The notes: generated from the letters alone by a model not told the origin. 64,000 bases of DNA from Felis catus (GCF_018350175.1 NC_058381.1:60636001-60700000), one strand, 5' to 3'. Shown: positions 27,901-46,379, counted from the stretch's first letter. A program made the numbers and translations.

Positions 27901-29469
27901 GGAGTGATGTTTTGTTAGAAAAAGGAGTTTTTGCCCCAGACAGGTGAAAAAGGCATAGCGGTGGCTCTTTCTGACTTGGTGGGGTGCACGCGCCACTGTG
28001 GGGCGGGGGCTGCGCAGGGACAGGGGAGCTGACGCTGACAGTAGACCTGGAAGGTTCCTGGCCTGGCACCCACACCAGCTGCCTGGCTGGGGTACTGCTC
28101 CGCAAGTGGCCGCCGCCCTGATACACCGTGTGCCCTGGCCTCCTGTCCGCCAGCGGGGGTGACAGGCCACAGAGCACCGCCAGGCCCCCAGCCCCAGGTC
28201 AGCGGGAACAGAGCCCGGTGGGAGTGCTGTGATTTTGCAGGGTTGAGCACCTCTGTTTGGTGGCGGGAGGAAGGGCCATGGTCACAGGAGTCGAAAGGCA
28301 GGGTCTGTGCTCAGAGAGCCCCCAGACTTGCGTTTAGGATACGCGTGGAAACAGCTGTTGCCACGACAGGATGTCTTGTGTGTCCTGGCCCCAGTGTGTC
28401 CGTCTGGTCCCCTGCGTTTGTGCACCAGTGACACGTGGACACAGCATTCGGTACGCGTAGAGGACCCCCAGGGCAGTTAGGTGGGGGGACGGCCACCCCA
28501 GGAGGGGTGGGGATAAGAGGCCACGGCTCTCAAGGCCTGGGGGGGACCTCAACCCGGGCCTGCGGAGGTCGTCCTCCTCTGTTGGCACCAGCTGTGTGAT
28601 GGGATTTTCTTGATTCTGGGAAATCAGAGGGACCCGTTTTTGTCCTGATTTGGGGCAGTGTGGACGTCCTCTCAGTGAAGGTAGGTGGAGGGGGCTTGTC
28701 CCGGCAAAAGCCAGCGGCTGGCGCCTGGCCTTGGAGGCGGGGCCCTTTCGGACCAGAAATGAAAAAGGGGTGGGTGGCAGCACTGTGCTCACTCCCAGCT
28801 GCTGACAGGCAGGGCGGTAAACGCCACAGGGTCCCCCCCACCCCCTCTTCCTGCACTGGGTCACTGCCCCCTGGGAGAGGAACCTCTGTCCCAGTCCCAA
28901 GGCCCCAGCTCTTCTCTTGATCAGGAGAAACAGCTCACTCTTCAGATGGGTGGCTCTGGGGGCTGGGGGCTGGGGGGACGGGTAACCTTGATGCGTTCCT
29001 GCTGTGATCTCCGGTGGCAGGTTACGTGGCAGAACTGTGGTGCGTCTGTAGATGGTCTGCGGGCTAGGCCAGAGCGCTCCCTGGAACTGAGCCCCCGCAG
29101 GGGAGGGGAGGGTGATTCCCGTGGGGGTCACTGCTGACCTTTGTTGGGGGACACTCCGCAGAGGCGCGTTAACGCTCCTGATTTCGGGCTTTCCTGAAAC
29201 CCAGCGTGTGACAGGCTCGGGACACAGACCCCCCCTCTCCCCTGGGGCTGCCACGGCTGCCTGACATCCCTAGCCGCCCCCCCGCCCCATGTGACGTGCA
29301 TGGTCCTCTTGTCCCTCCCACAGGCAAGGTGCCAGGCGACGACTGTCCCCTGGTGTGGGGCCAGTGCTCCCACTGCTTCCACATGCACTGCATCCTCAAG
29401 TGGCTCAACGCACAGCAGGTGCAGCAGCACTGCCCCATGTGCCGCCAGGAATGGAAGTTCAAGGAGTGA
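24462..29469 (+). CDS. ANAPC11: Anaphase-promoting complex subunit 11 (RING-H2), 84 aa, 2 coding exons
   Basis: Exons 24462-24570 and 29324-29469 total 255 nt: MKVKIKCWNGVATWLWVANDENCGICRMAFNGCCPDC/KVPGDDCPLVWGQCSHCFHMHCILKWLNAQQVQQHCPMCRQEWKFKE*. Kozak ACCGCCATG. Confidence 0.98.
24817..27170. mobile_element. Seven SINECs in the ANAPC11 intron (+ 24817-25033, - 25031-25266, + 25284-25481, nested + 25483-25690, - ~26290-26518, - ~26525-26729, - ~27000-27170)
   Basis: SINEC heads and tails on both strands; two insertions sit in the A tails of older copies. Confidence 0.9.
27542..27579. repeat. Perfect 19-bp tandem duplication GCCCTGCCTCACGTGGACG x2
   Basis: Read directly from the sequence. 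Confidence 0.9.
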
Positions 29470-29551
29470 CGCGGCCCCTCTGGGCTGTGACAGGGTTGAC
29501 ACGAGGACTGGAGCTGCGTTTGTTTTTCATCACGCGTTGACGCTTTTATCC

Positions 29552-29561
29552 AATAAATAAA
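29552..29561 (+). terminator. ANAPC11 poly(A) signal (two overlapping AATAAA)
   Basis: AATAAATAAA about 80 nt after TGA; another AATAAA near 29654. Confidence 0.8.
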
Positions 29562-31880
29562 ACTCATTGAATTGCCTGAGCCTTGCTGGAGGCCTCCTGT
29601 TTGCTCGGCGCTGCTGCAGCCCCGCTGGGCATCCCTTGATAGGAAAACTCATGAATAAACATCCGGATGATGCCACCCAGGCCCTGAGTCACCACCCCGG
29701 GAGGAGAAGGAGTGCAGGATCAGCCAGGAGAGCCTGGGGCAAGAGTGACTGGGGTCTTGAAAGGCCTGGTGGTGCAAAGGCCCTGGGGTGCGCGTTGTGT
29801 GCCAGCAGGGGGGACAAAAGAACGGTGGAGTGGAGGCCTGTGGCCTGTCATCTGGCCCCTCACCTGCTCGAAGCTGCCAGCCACCCCACAGACTAGTTTG
29901 TGGGCCTCTGACTGCACAGCTGCCCGCGGTCCCTCCTGAAACGCTGTACCTGAGTAGGTGCTGGTGATCCAGTTGGAGGCCAGCTCGTCGGGGCTGTGAC
30001 CTACCCAGTGTAGGTCATGTCAAGGGCATCTGTGTCCCTGGGTGTCTGAGATCCTCTATTTGAGGACGGACAGCCTTTGGGAAGCTCCTTTGGACACCTC
30101 TGTTAATCCACAGCTGCTGGGGAGGGAGGTGGGGGGCCCTGAGGACTGTGTCCCAGCCCTGGGAGTCTTGACCGCTTCTGGACAGAGCCTGCTGTAGGCT
30201 GCATGTCTCTGGGAGCTTCAGGGAGTCACTTGGCCCTGGCTCCTTCCAGTCTGTTCTCAGTGGACCCTCCCCACCCCCCACTGGGGTCCCTGCCCTGTGC
30301 CTCGTGGGTGTCCATCTGCCTAGTGGGTGGCTAGTCGCTGAGCACTTGTGACACTACTTGTCCTCAGCTCCCAGGACAGAAGACTGGTGGTTCACACAGA
30401 GGGGCTGGCCTCCTGGTCACCTGCGTGACACCCTACTTCCCATCTGGATGTTGTACCCAGAGGGAAAGAAGAGGCCCTGGGGACCACCACCCTTACCCAA
30501 GCTGAAGGTCACATGCCTCTTGTCCAGAAACCTAGCTGCCAGGACCTCCAGGCTGATACCTGTCCTGGGGAGGACACGTGACCGGGATGTTTAGGGACTG
30601 AGTGGGAGGGATGCCTGGGCGCAGCCTCTTGGGTGCACCCCACAGCCCCTGCAAACAAAGTTACATCTGGCCGCTGGGGTCCGGGCAGGGGGCTTCGTGT
30701 CTACAAAGTGTCTGGATTCGTATCCGGGGAGTCAGGAGGAGGGGTGGTCTGCGGCACCGCGGAGGGCCCTCCTGGGCAGTCTCCTGACCTCGCCCTGGCT
30801 TGCCCCCAGCCCACCTCCCCTGCCTGGGGAATTTTCTCCTGTGACAGGAAGTGCACACGAGGCACGGGGACGTGTCTGTACGCTGGAGCGCCGGGCCCTG
30901 AGTGCAGCCTCCCAGGTTTCCCAACCTCGCCGCCGCCGAGGGCTTGCCAACTTGCCCAAGGTCACAGCCCCTCCTCCAGGCTGTTCCCACTTACCTGCCA
31001 CTTGGGACTTTTCTGCAGTGGGCTCCAGCCTGGTCCTCCCCGGGCCCGCTGGGCCTCAGGCTGAACACGTAGCTGCCCACCAGGCCCTGCTCACATCCAG
31101 CCGTGTGTCTCTGCTCAGGACTCCCTAACCTCGGGCTGCTCTCCCTCCTCCGGGAGGCACCCGCTCATCCCACCTGCCTTTGCAAACTCTCTCCCTCCAG
31201 TGAGCCACTCTGCTTGCCCTCCGGCGGCGGCGGGGCGGCTGTTTTCCCATCTGTCTGTGGCTTGAGGCAGGGACTGGGTCTGATTCATCTCCTGTTGAAC
31301 ACTGGGGTTCACCGAGAGGCCTGAGGCTCCCGAGGCCACCCACGGCTGGGGCAGAGCTGGGTGGGAAGGGCCTGCGGATTCTGGTCAGCTGTCCCTGGGT
31401 CTGGTTTCCCCGAGGTCAGGCCTGGCCTTGCCGCCCACCTCTTCCTAAAGGACCTCAGTAGTAGCAGCCGTGTTAGTAGAAACTTCCCCCGTGGGTGTGG
31501 GGCACCCAGGCCCACCCAGGCTTTGATCCCCTCAGGGAGCCCTGGCCCTGGGATCAGTGCCTCTTTAGGGCAGGATAAAGTGTCCCTAGGGCTCGGTGGC
31601 TCTCTCCCCAGCCTTGAGCACTGAGGACCTCCAAGGGGTAGAACTCTTAGGGCCTCGCGCCCTCCGGCCGGTTGGAGGTTCAGTGCAGTCCCGCTTGCCC
31701 CTGCTCCGGCTGAGGCTCTACCCAGGCAGGACCGTGGGCAGAGGGAGCGGGCAGGGGTGGGGGAGGATGGGGCCCCGATCCCCGGCAGGCGCGGAGGCGC
31801 TGCCCAGCACGGCTGCTCGCTCCGCGAGGCGGGGCCCGCCAGGTGCTCCGCGCCCGCCCCCGCGCCCCGCCGGCCACAGA

Positions 31881-31885
31881 TATAA
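31881..31885 (+). promoter_or_regulatory. TATA box of NPB
   Basis: GATATAAGG 59 nt before the ATG, with GC boxes upstream. Confidence 0.75.
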
Positions 31886-31939
31886 GGCGGCCGCGGCTGG
31901 GGCTCCGAGCCCCGCCGCCCGCCGCCGCCCCGCGTCCCC

Positions 31940-32421
31940 ATGGCCCGGTCCGCGCCGCTGGTGGCCGCCGCCCTGGCGCTGTGCCTGCTGCTGGCGCCGC
32001 CCGGCCTCGCGTGGTACAAGCAGGCGGCGGGGCCCAGCTACTACTCGGTGGGCCGCGCCGCGGGACTGCTGTCCGGCTTCCGCAGGTCCCCGTACGCGCG
32101 CCGCTCCGTGCCCCCCGTGGGCGCGGGACCCCGGGGCCGGGCCGGCGCCTTCGCGGAGCCGCGACCCAGCCTGCGGAGCCTCGTGAGTGTGGCCGCCGGA
32201 GGGGGCGCGGGGGGGCGGGGGGCGTGGGGGTCGGGGGCGGGGCGCGGGCGGCGGGGGCGTCGGTCGCTCCCTCAGCCTCTTCCCGCCCCCAGACCGTGTG
32301 TGTCAAGGACGTGACCCCGAATCTGCAGAGCTGCCAGAGGCTCCCCGAGGGCCGGGCCACCTTCCAGTGCCGGGCGGACGTGTTCCTGTCGCTCCGCGCT
32401 GCTGACTGTCGCAGCGCCTAA
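31940..32421 (+). CDS. NPB: Neuropeptide B preproprotein, 123 aa, 2 exons
   Basis: Exons 31940-32182 and 32293-32421. 24-aa signal peptide, mature [29 protein letters not shown] followed by RR, C-terminal [13 protein letters not shown]...[17 protein letters not shown] at 32510-32515. Confidence 0.96.
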
Positions 32422-33519
32422 GCCCCGACCACCGCGGAGACCTGGACCTCATCTGGCCCTGGCCGGTGCCCCCAGTGCCCCCTCTGTGCCCGCAGTAAAC
32501 GGCTAAATGAATAAATGAGAAGCGCAGCCGGACTCTGAGTGGGGGTAGAGGGGCGGGCGGGTAGGCTTGTGTAGCCGCCGCGCGACCTGCAGACCTGGCC
32601 TGTCTCCAGACGCTCCCGGCCCCCACCCGGCTCTGGGCCACCAGGCTGTCGTGAGATAGCCCGCACAGAGGCACCATCCCCAAATCCACACCGCCCTCCT
32701 GGGGGCACTGGAAGCCTAGCCCCACGCCCCGCTCCCACTCCCGTCCCCGGAGGTGGTCTCTGCGTCCTGCCTCTCCAGCCCCTTCACCTCCCTGCCTTTG
32801 TCCACACAGCTCCCGGGTTCCCCTGGGAGGTGCTGCCTGAGTCGTCTAAGCCAGTTCCAGTGTCCTGGTCAGAGAATTCCTCTGTGACCGCCCTATCCCA
32901 GGGGGGACGGCGGGGGGGGGGGGTGGTACCCTCCTGCCTCAGGGATGCCCACTCTGGCTCTGCCTTGCTTCCTGGCTTTCTCGAGGACAAAGCTGTCCCT
33001 TGCTGGAGGGGCGGCTCCTGGGTGGTTCCCCAAACACCTCAAAGTACTGAGCACAGGGCAGTGGGTCCTTGGGTTGAAGGAACGAGCAAACAGGCCAGGC
33101 AGCAGGTGGGAGGCCGCCAGCGGCGCAGCATCTCGGGGCTGGTCTGGGCTGCTCAGAGGCCGCGGCACCAGAGCTGCGCGCGGCCCAGGCGGCCCCTCCT
33201 GAGGCCTGGGAGCCCTGCGTTCACCTCTCCTCTGACCCACAGCGAAGCACGTGGTCCCCACCCTCGAGGAGGGTGCGGCCGGGTCTGCAGCGGCCTCCCC
33301 CACACTTGCCGGGAGTCCCGGTGGATTCCTGTCCCCCCTGGCCCCAGGGAGGCTGATCTGGACCTCCCTTCACAGGATTCAGCCTGAAGCATCTTGGGGT
33401 TCTAGACTAGGGAGGGGGGAAGGTTCCTCGCTGCCACATTGCCTGCTGCACCCTCAGTACGTGGATGGTGGGGCGGGGGAGCGGGGCCAAGAGCCCAACA
33501 CAGAGTACCTCCCACCGGG

Positions 33520-33525
33520 TTTATT
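33520..33525 (-). terminator. PCYT2 poly(A) signal AATAAA
   Basis: TTTATT on + strand about 610 nt past the stop; converges on the NPB 3' end. Confidence 0.75.
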
Positions 33526-34134
33526 GGGTTGTGCGCCAGCCAGTCAGGTACAAAATCAAGAACAGTCTGTGGGGGAGCAGCGAGGCCGGCCAGGGAAGCG
33601 GGGGGCACAGTACCCAACAGCCAGGCCCAGCGCACCAGGGACGTGCCACGGGTCAACAGGTATCCACGCGGGAGACGGCATGGTCTGCGCCCTGAGACGG
33701 AAAGGGGGTGCCCCCCTTGGCTCTCTGCTCCCCTGAAGCTGGCTTCAATGATCCAAAGGGCGGAACGGGCACCGCCTCGAGCTGGGCAGCAGGGCCGTCC
33801 TGGGTCTGCGGAGCTTCGGGGGCAGGGAGAGCTGAGCTGGGCCTCCACCGGCACACAGGGCAGCACCCCTCCAGCCGCAGGTGCCCTCTGCTCACCCTGT
33901 TCGCTGGGCCGCCCCACCGCGCTGCAGGCCCCTCTCTGTGCGGCTCAGCGGGAAGGGCACCTGGCCGGAGGGGTGGGAGGCAGCGTCCTCCGCTCTGGCC
34001 CTTCCGAGACAGACGGGGCCAGTCAGAGGGAACACTGGAGGCTTTGTTAAAACCGCGGGAGCCAAGCCCTCAAGGCGCAGGGAGCAGAGCAGGGGGAGGG
34101 CCGGCACCCGGGCGCTCCGGTGACCTTCCTCTGG

Positions 34135-40183
<6,049 letters not shown>

Positions 40184-40664
40184 GGCCCCGCAGCGGCGGC
40201 GCGGCCCGGCCGGTTCCCCGACTCCCAGCGGCCGCCGCCCGCCGGCCCCGCCCCACCCGGCGCACGCGGCGTCACGCGGGCCTCACCCGCCGCGCGCGGC
40301 CAATGGCGAGCACCCGTCCCGCCCCCCGGCGCCCCGCCCGCCGCCCACAGCGCGCGGCCAATGGCGTGAGCTACGGGGCCGCCCCGGAACCGAGCCCCGC
40401 CCCTCGGCGCGTGGCCAATGGCGTGAGCCGCCACCGCCGAGCCCTGCCCCCGCCCCGCCCGGCCGCCTCCGGAAAGTCCGTCTCCCCCGCGCGGCCAATA
40501 GCGTAAGCGCACCTGGCCGAAGAGGCGGGGCAGGGCCACGTGGGGCCCAGCGTCCCCGCCCCGTCCTGGCCCGTCCCCCAGCCCCACGAGCCCGGCGGGG
40601 CGCCCGCCCCCCACCACGCGCCAGCTGGACAGTCACAGGACACTCGAGGGACAGTGCTGAGATG

Positions 40665-40670
40665 TTTAAT
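40665..40670 (-). terminator. Probable SIRT7 poly(A) signal ATTAAA
   Basis: TTTAAT on + strand in an AT-rich patch about 400 nt past the SIRT7 stop. Confidence 0.65.
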
Positions 40671-41075
40671 AACAATAAAAAGGGCTGCTGAGAGCCGAGG
40701 CCCAAAACCACCCCTCTGCCGCAAACCCCACATGGAAAGAGGTTCCTATAAAGTTAACAGGTTTCAGTACGAAGTAGTAGAAAGAGGGTTGAGGCCCCTG
40801 AGACTAGCCTGGTGAATGAGGTAAGGCAGCCGCGCTTCCTCTCGGCCGGCCAGCTGTGCAACGACCCGAGCTCTGTCCCCAAAGAACGGCACGGCCGCCG
40901 CCGCTTTATGCAGAGGCTGCACAGGCGAGGCGTCCTCCCGGAGACGCCCACAGCGGTGCAAGGGGGCTTCCGGCCAGAGGGTTCTCGCTGGACCCCGGGG
41001 CAGTCCTGGCCGGGCCCCCCACGAACAGGCGTTCCGTCCTCTGCAAAGTGCCAACTGTTCCCGTCAAGCACCGGG

Positions 41076-44000
41076 TTACGTTACTTTCTTCCTTTTTGTG
41101 CGTTTAGTGCAGCCCCTGCCAAACCAGCCTCCCAGCACCGGGGCGGAGCTAAGTGGCGCAGCTCGCTCTCCGGGCGGGGGCTCCTCGCGGCTCCTGCACA
41201 GCGACTTCCGACTGTGGGTGCCTTCTTCATCCGCACGCAGCGGGGTCGCCAGGGCGAAGATCGGGTCCTGCCACCTACCGAAAAGGGAAAGCTGGGTCAG
41301 ACGTGCCTGGGAGCCCCTCAGTCACAACCTGCCCCAGGGCGGGAAAGCTGACTGCGGTCACCCTGCTGCCCTCCCCTGGGGTCTGAACTGTGGCCAGGCT
41401 CTGCCTAGCGGCAGTTCCATCACACCCGAGCTACGGAGCAGCTGCCGGACGGCTAAGGTTCCTGAGTGATTCAGACCAGCTCGGCCCCCGAGAACTCAGT
41501 GTCCTTGCTGGTGATCGAGCAGGCTGTGCGCGCCCAAGGTTGGTCACTAGCAACTCTGGGTCCCACCTTTCAATTGTATGGTCAGGGGTGGGTGGGCCAG
41601 ACCCTCTCCCTCTTCCCAGACTGCCAGACCTGATGGGGGGGGGGGGGGGGCGGGAAAGGCCAGCTGACTAGGGAGGCGCGGCCTACAGACTACACCGTGA
41701 AGAGATCATGTGTCTGACGGAGATGTAGAACCACATATCATAAACTTAAGATACAGATAAGCACTGATAAAGAAAATGAGCTAAGTTAATGTAAAAAAAA
41801 AAAAAAATACAGTACACAATAGGCCCACATTACAGAACAGCACAAACATAACATNNNNNNNNNNNNNNNNNNNNNNNNNNNNNNNNNNNNNNNNNNNNNN
41901 NNNNNNNNNNNNNNNNNNNNNNNNNNNNNNNNNNNNNNNNNNNNNNNNNNNNNNNNNNNNNNNNNNNNNNNNNNNNNNNNNNNNNNNNNNNNNNNNNNNN
42001 NNNNNNNNNCAAATTCTGTATTAAGGTACAGTTTAAGCTTCCCCAAAGTACGCCAGCTCCCCGAACCGAGTGCACCGAGATCCTGTTTGGAGATGCCGAG
42101 ACCACGTCCCTTCAAGGCACCTTCGCGTCCAGGCTGTCGGAGGTAGGAGGGGGGGCTCTCCAGGCACACACTGGCACATTCTCTCTCCCCATGGGGAGTC
42201 ACACCAGCCAGGGGGCCTCAGCTGATGCCTCTGCCACTCCCCCTTGCTGGCAGAGGCCACCAAGCTGGGGTCACGCCTCAGACACCATCTGCGACAACTC
42301 AGAGCATTCTCTACACTCAGTTCACGAGAAAAGACAGACGCGGTCCATCCACACAGGGCAGGGAAGGGGGGGGATGCACCCGTGCCCCCCTCACCTGCTG
42401 TAGGGGGGGATCTCCAGGCCCAGCTCGTCCATGAGGAGCTGCATGACGTCATCACACTTCCCATGAAGCTTCAGGGCAGCCCAGTCATCCTTCGGGGTCC
42501 ACTGGGGACAGGGGAAGGCGAGTGAGGATACCTCACTTCTTCCCAATGGCCCTTTCTTGCCATATCTCTGTGACCCAGGACACGAACATCCAGGAACTCT
42601 CTGGTTCTCCTGTTCTAAGGCCCAGGTCTAAGGAAGTGTCTCTGGGTGCTCAAGTTACCTGCAAGTTTACAATGTAGAGCTTGGGCCGCCTGCTGGGGGG
42701 CTTGGTCATGCACCAGAGGCGTGGATACTTCTTTAGAACCTGCAGGAACGGACAGACGGACAGAAAGACCACATGCACAACAGCGAACGAAGCTACAGGA
42801 AGCTAGCTTCTAACACTGAACTGGCCAGGGACTGGCAGTTCTCCCCTCCCCTCCGGTCCCGTCCGCGGCGCTGTTCACGTACCTTTAAGCTGGAACCTAA
42901 ACACAGGATCGTGTCTGCCTTGCTGGCAGCCTCAGTGGCTGCCTCCCAGTTCAGAGGCTGCCCCAGCGTGCCCCGCTCCCCAAAGTGCACAATGGTGTCC
43001 CGGAGCTGGGCCCCACACTTGTGGCAGGCCCGGCCCGTCTGGTGCCGGTGCAGGGCGGTGCGCTCAGTCACATCAAACACCCTCACGTATTCCCTGTTGG
43101 GTGTGCAGGCTGTACAGACCTGAGGAGGAGAGGGCGCCGTGAGCAGGAGCCGCTGGCCCGCACAGGCCCGCGAATCCCAGAGGGACCGCTCACTTCAATG
43201 TACATGTTCCCGTGGAGCTCCGAGATGGCCGTCCGCGGCAGCCCGCTCCGCAGGTGGAGCCCGTCACAGTTCTGAGACACCACGTGCTGCACCTGCGGGG
43301 CAAGTAAGGGCAAGTCAGCAGGTGGCCTGTGAGGGGCTGTGCTCAGTAGTGAAAGCAGTCCTTGACCCTGCCCAGAGTCCCCAAACCAGGGCAGCTCCGA
43401 CCCCGTGTGGAGCCTCACAGGCAAAACCGGAGCGGCAGGCCGGTCCCAGCAGCAGGTCTAGGGGGGTGGGGGGTGGGGGGTGGGGGGTGGGGGGGAACCC
43501 AAGCTGCCCCCGACCAACCCGGAAGCACTTGGTGAGCTGGGAGTGCAGCTGTTTGCCCTCGGCAGGGAAGGGGCTGGGGCCCGAAGTGACACTCTCTTGG
43601 GTCATTATGTTTCAGGTCGCTGAAGGACCAAGAGGACTGACCCTTCCCTACTTGGTTGAAAGTGCTCGGCAGAGGGTCTTTAGAGTTCCCACAAGCCTCC
43701 CCTGTACCTAGGTGGCTTCTGAGAACTGTGGGGACAATGTGAGAGAAACACAGGGCGGAAAAGCCACCAGCGGCTCTTGGCCTGAGGCCGCCCTACGATT
43801 CACGCGAGAGACTACCCTTCTCTCGAAAAAGCAGCACCAGAGTCTAAAACACTCTGTGGGCACTTATCCCAGGGGTCCCTGGGACAGAGGTATGATGCAG
43901 TTGCCATGTGGGCACAAAGGTGGCCCTCCAGGTCCTGTGCCAGGGACCCGGCAAGTATACTAGCTAGCCACACCGGGCTCTTACCAGCTTTTGCTCGTGT

Positions 44001-46369
44001 AAGCGGGCGATGCTCATGTGGGTGAGGGTTGGCTCGGCCTCACTCAGGTCAGCAGCACTGCCAGGTGGAAGGGAAGCAAAGGCGTGGGGAGCTGTGAGGT
44101 CAGGCCCAAGCTGCCTCTGCTCAACTGGCTGGGAAGGCTGCATCAGGCTGCTTACCTAACGCTTCTCCCTTTCTGAAGCAGCGTCCACACTCCATTAGGG
44201 CCCCGGTAATCTGGGATAGAGGCTGCCTGCATGTTCAGAAGGACGAGGCCAGTGAAAATGCATCACTACGGGAACTGGCAAAATTCCCCCAAACGAAAAC
44301 TCAACGTTTTTCTCTTGATGTGTTCCAGACTCGTCTGTGCCCTGGCCTCCGTTCATTCCACAGGCTCAGCATTTCCTAGTCCAACCTGCCTGAACCCAGA
44401 TGGAGTGGCTCCTTCCCTCTGCCCGGACCCCTGCCCCAACCCGGTCTAGCTCCTCCCTCCGGCTTCCAAGGACTCCTGCCTCCTCCGGGAGCCTCTCCAG
44501 CACGAGCACAAACTGGGCTCTGCAGCCCCATCTGTCCTCCAAACCAAGGGAGAGGACGGGTCAGGCTGATCTGTGAGTCCCCAGGGCCGAGCCAGTGCTC
44601 AGGAAACACTTAGCAAATGGTGGCACCCTAGGTAGGAGTGCTGGTCTGTCCCAGTTCTGACACCCGATACGGTGTTTCCTGACTTCCCTTGACAAAGAAG
44701 AGAGCCAATCTCTCCAGACGAGCTAAACACCCTGAATGTCCCTACTTCTCAATGCAGAGAAACGAAACCACCACGAGAGAAGACAGAAGGTGTGCTCGGA
44801 GCAAGGAGTCTTACATTCCCTAGGCTGTGAGTGACATCCCTTCTGGGGAGCCCTGTCTCCTCCCTGCGGCTTAGGCTCAGAAAAATGCCCACCCCAAGCA
44901 GTGTGGTTCTGAATCACACTGAAAAGAGAAACCTCAAACAGTGATGCTCAGAGCAAACTAAAGAGCAGGACTTTCAGAGACGACAAGAATGACTGGAGGA
45001 CGGAGACCCGACCACCAGGGTCTGCAAGTTAGGACGGTCAGCGCCCCTTACACGATCTCGCTGGATCTTCCCTTGGCCCTCTCCTGTAAAACCTTACTCA
45101 ACCTTCAAGGCCCGGCCTCAATGCCGCCTCGCACAGAAAGCAAGCTGGATGGATGTCCCAGCTCTCTGAGACCGCGGAGGGCGTGTCTGCATGTCTGCTC
45201 TGGCAACCCGGCCCGGCCAGCTACTGCCATCCCCTCATCACCTGCGGCCTCCCCGAGGCCAGAAATCCTCAGTGTTCACCTCTGCCGGGCCCACACGTGG
45301 GTCACACTCGACAGGCACCCATTAGGTGGACAGGTAACACTCTCAAAGCTAGCCGTGTTCAATGGCCCGAGATAGCTTCTCAATAAAATGTCCCCAAACC
45401 CAACGCCTTTCTCTTCTTTACCTGGTGTACTCTAATTCTAACTACCTCGCGTTCTACTTACTTTCCTTCAACATTCAGAAAATAACAACGAACGCGGAAT
45501 CAGGAGACGGTCTGGGGCTTCACTCTACCCACATAACCTTGGGACAGTGAGTTAACCTCCCGGACTTGAAACGAGGAGGTGCCTGCAGGCACTAACGTAT
45601 TATGTCCTGTTTCACCCTCTTCCCTTCTTGCCTCGAACGGGGTATCACAAAAACTGCCAGTGTTTACACGTATTTATGCCCTCAACGAAGTTTGAGTCCT
45701 TTCGAGCTTCTCGACTGGGCTCTCCGCGGTCCTGGGGTCAGTCACCCAGAAGGGGGCGCCCCACACCCGCCCCCGGCGCTCCGGGTTTCTCCCGGACCTG
45801 GGAGCCGACGCCGGGGCGCGGCCGCCCACGCCTCGCCGCCGTACCGTGCTGATGCCGGCGCCCGTGTAGACGACCAGGTACTTGGCGTTCCGGACGGCGC
45901 CGGCCAGCTCCCGCACTTTCCTCCGCAGCTCCTCCGGGTCGTCGCACACCTGCCGAGACGCCGAGGCCGGCCGTAAGCCCCGCCCCCGCCCCCGCCCCCG
46001 CCCGGCTAGAGGTCCGGCCCCGGCGGCCCGCCGACCGAGCCCCGCGCCGACCGAGCCCCGGGACTCGCCTCCTCCTGCCGCCGCTTCAGGCCCTCGCGCC
46101 GCCTGCTCCGGCCCTGCAGCTCGGTCACCAGGTCCTCGCTCTCGGCCAGGAGCCGGCCCTCCTCGGCGCTGCGCTCCGCTGCCGCCTTCCTCAGGATGCG
46201 CGACACCTGCGGGCGCGGGGCAGGCGGTGAGGGCGGCGCGGGGCGGGGGCGCGGCGCGGGGCGGGCGGCGGCGTACCTGACGGAGGCGCTCCCGCTGCTG
46301 CTCCTCCCGCAGCCTCCGGACCCGCTCCGCCGCCTTGCGCTCCGAGCGGCTGGGACCCCCGGCTGCCAT
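41076..46369 (-). CDS. SIRT7: NAD-dependent deacylase sirtuin-7, 400 aa, 10 exons
   Basis: Exons 46277-46369, 46069-46206, 45845-45949, 44156-44226, 43985-44057, 43194-43292, 42883-43119, 42659-42739, 42395-42501, 41076-41274 total 1203 nt. GAGIST, PDYRG, QNCDGLH, HGN, two CxxC pairs, C-terminal KRTKRKKVT*. Confidence 0.98.
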
Positions 46370-46379
46370 CGCTCCCGGG

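Noticed and set aside
31940-32314. 124-aa unspliced NPB ORF
   Set aside because: Runs into a 110-nt GT-AG intron; the conserved Cys-containing C-terminus needs splicing.
40290-40505. Regularly spaced repeats as a CRISPR-like array
   Set aside because: Mammalian promoter; the repeats are short NF-Y motifs and there are no cas genes.
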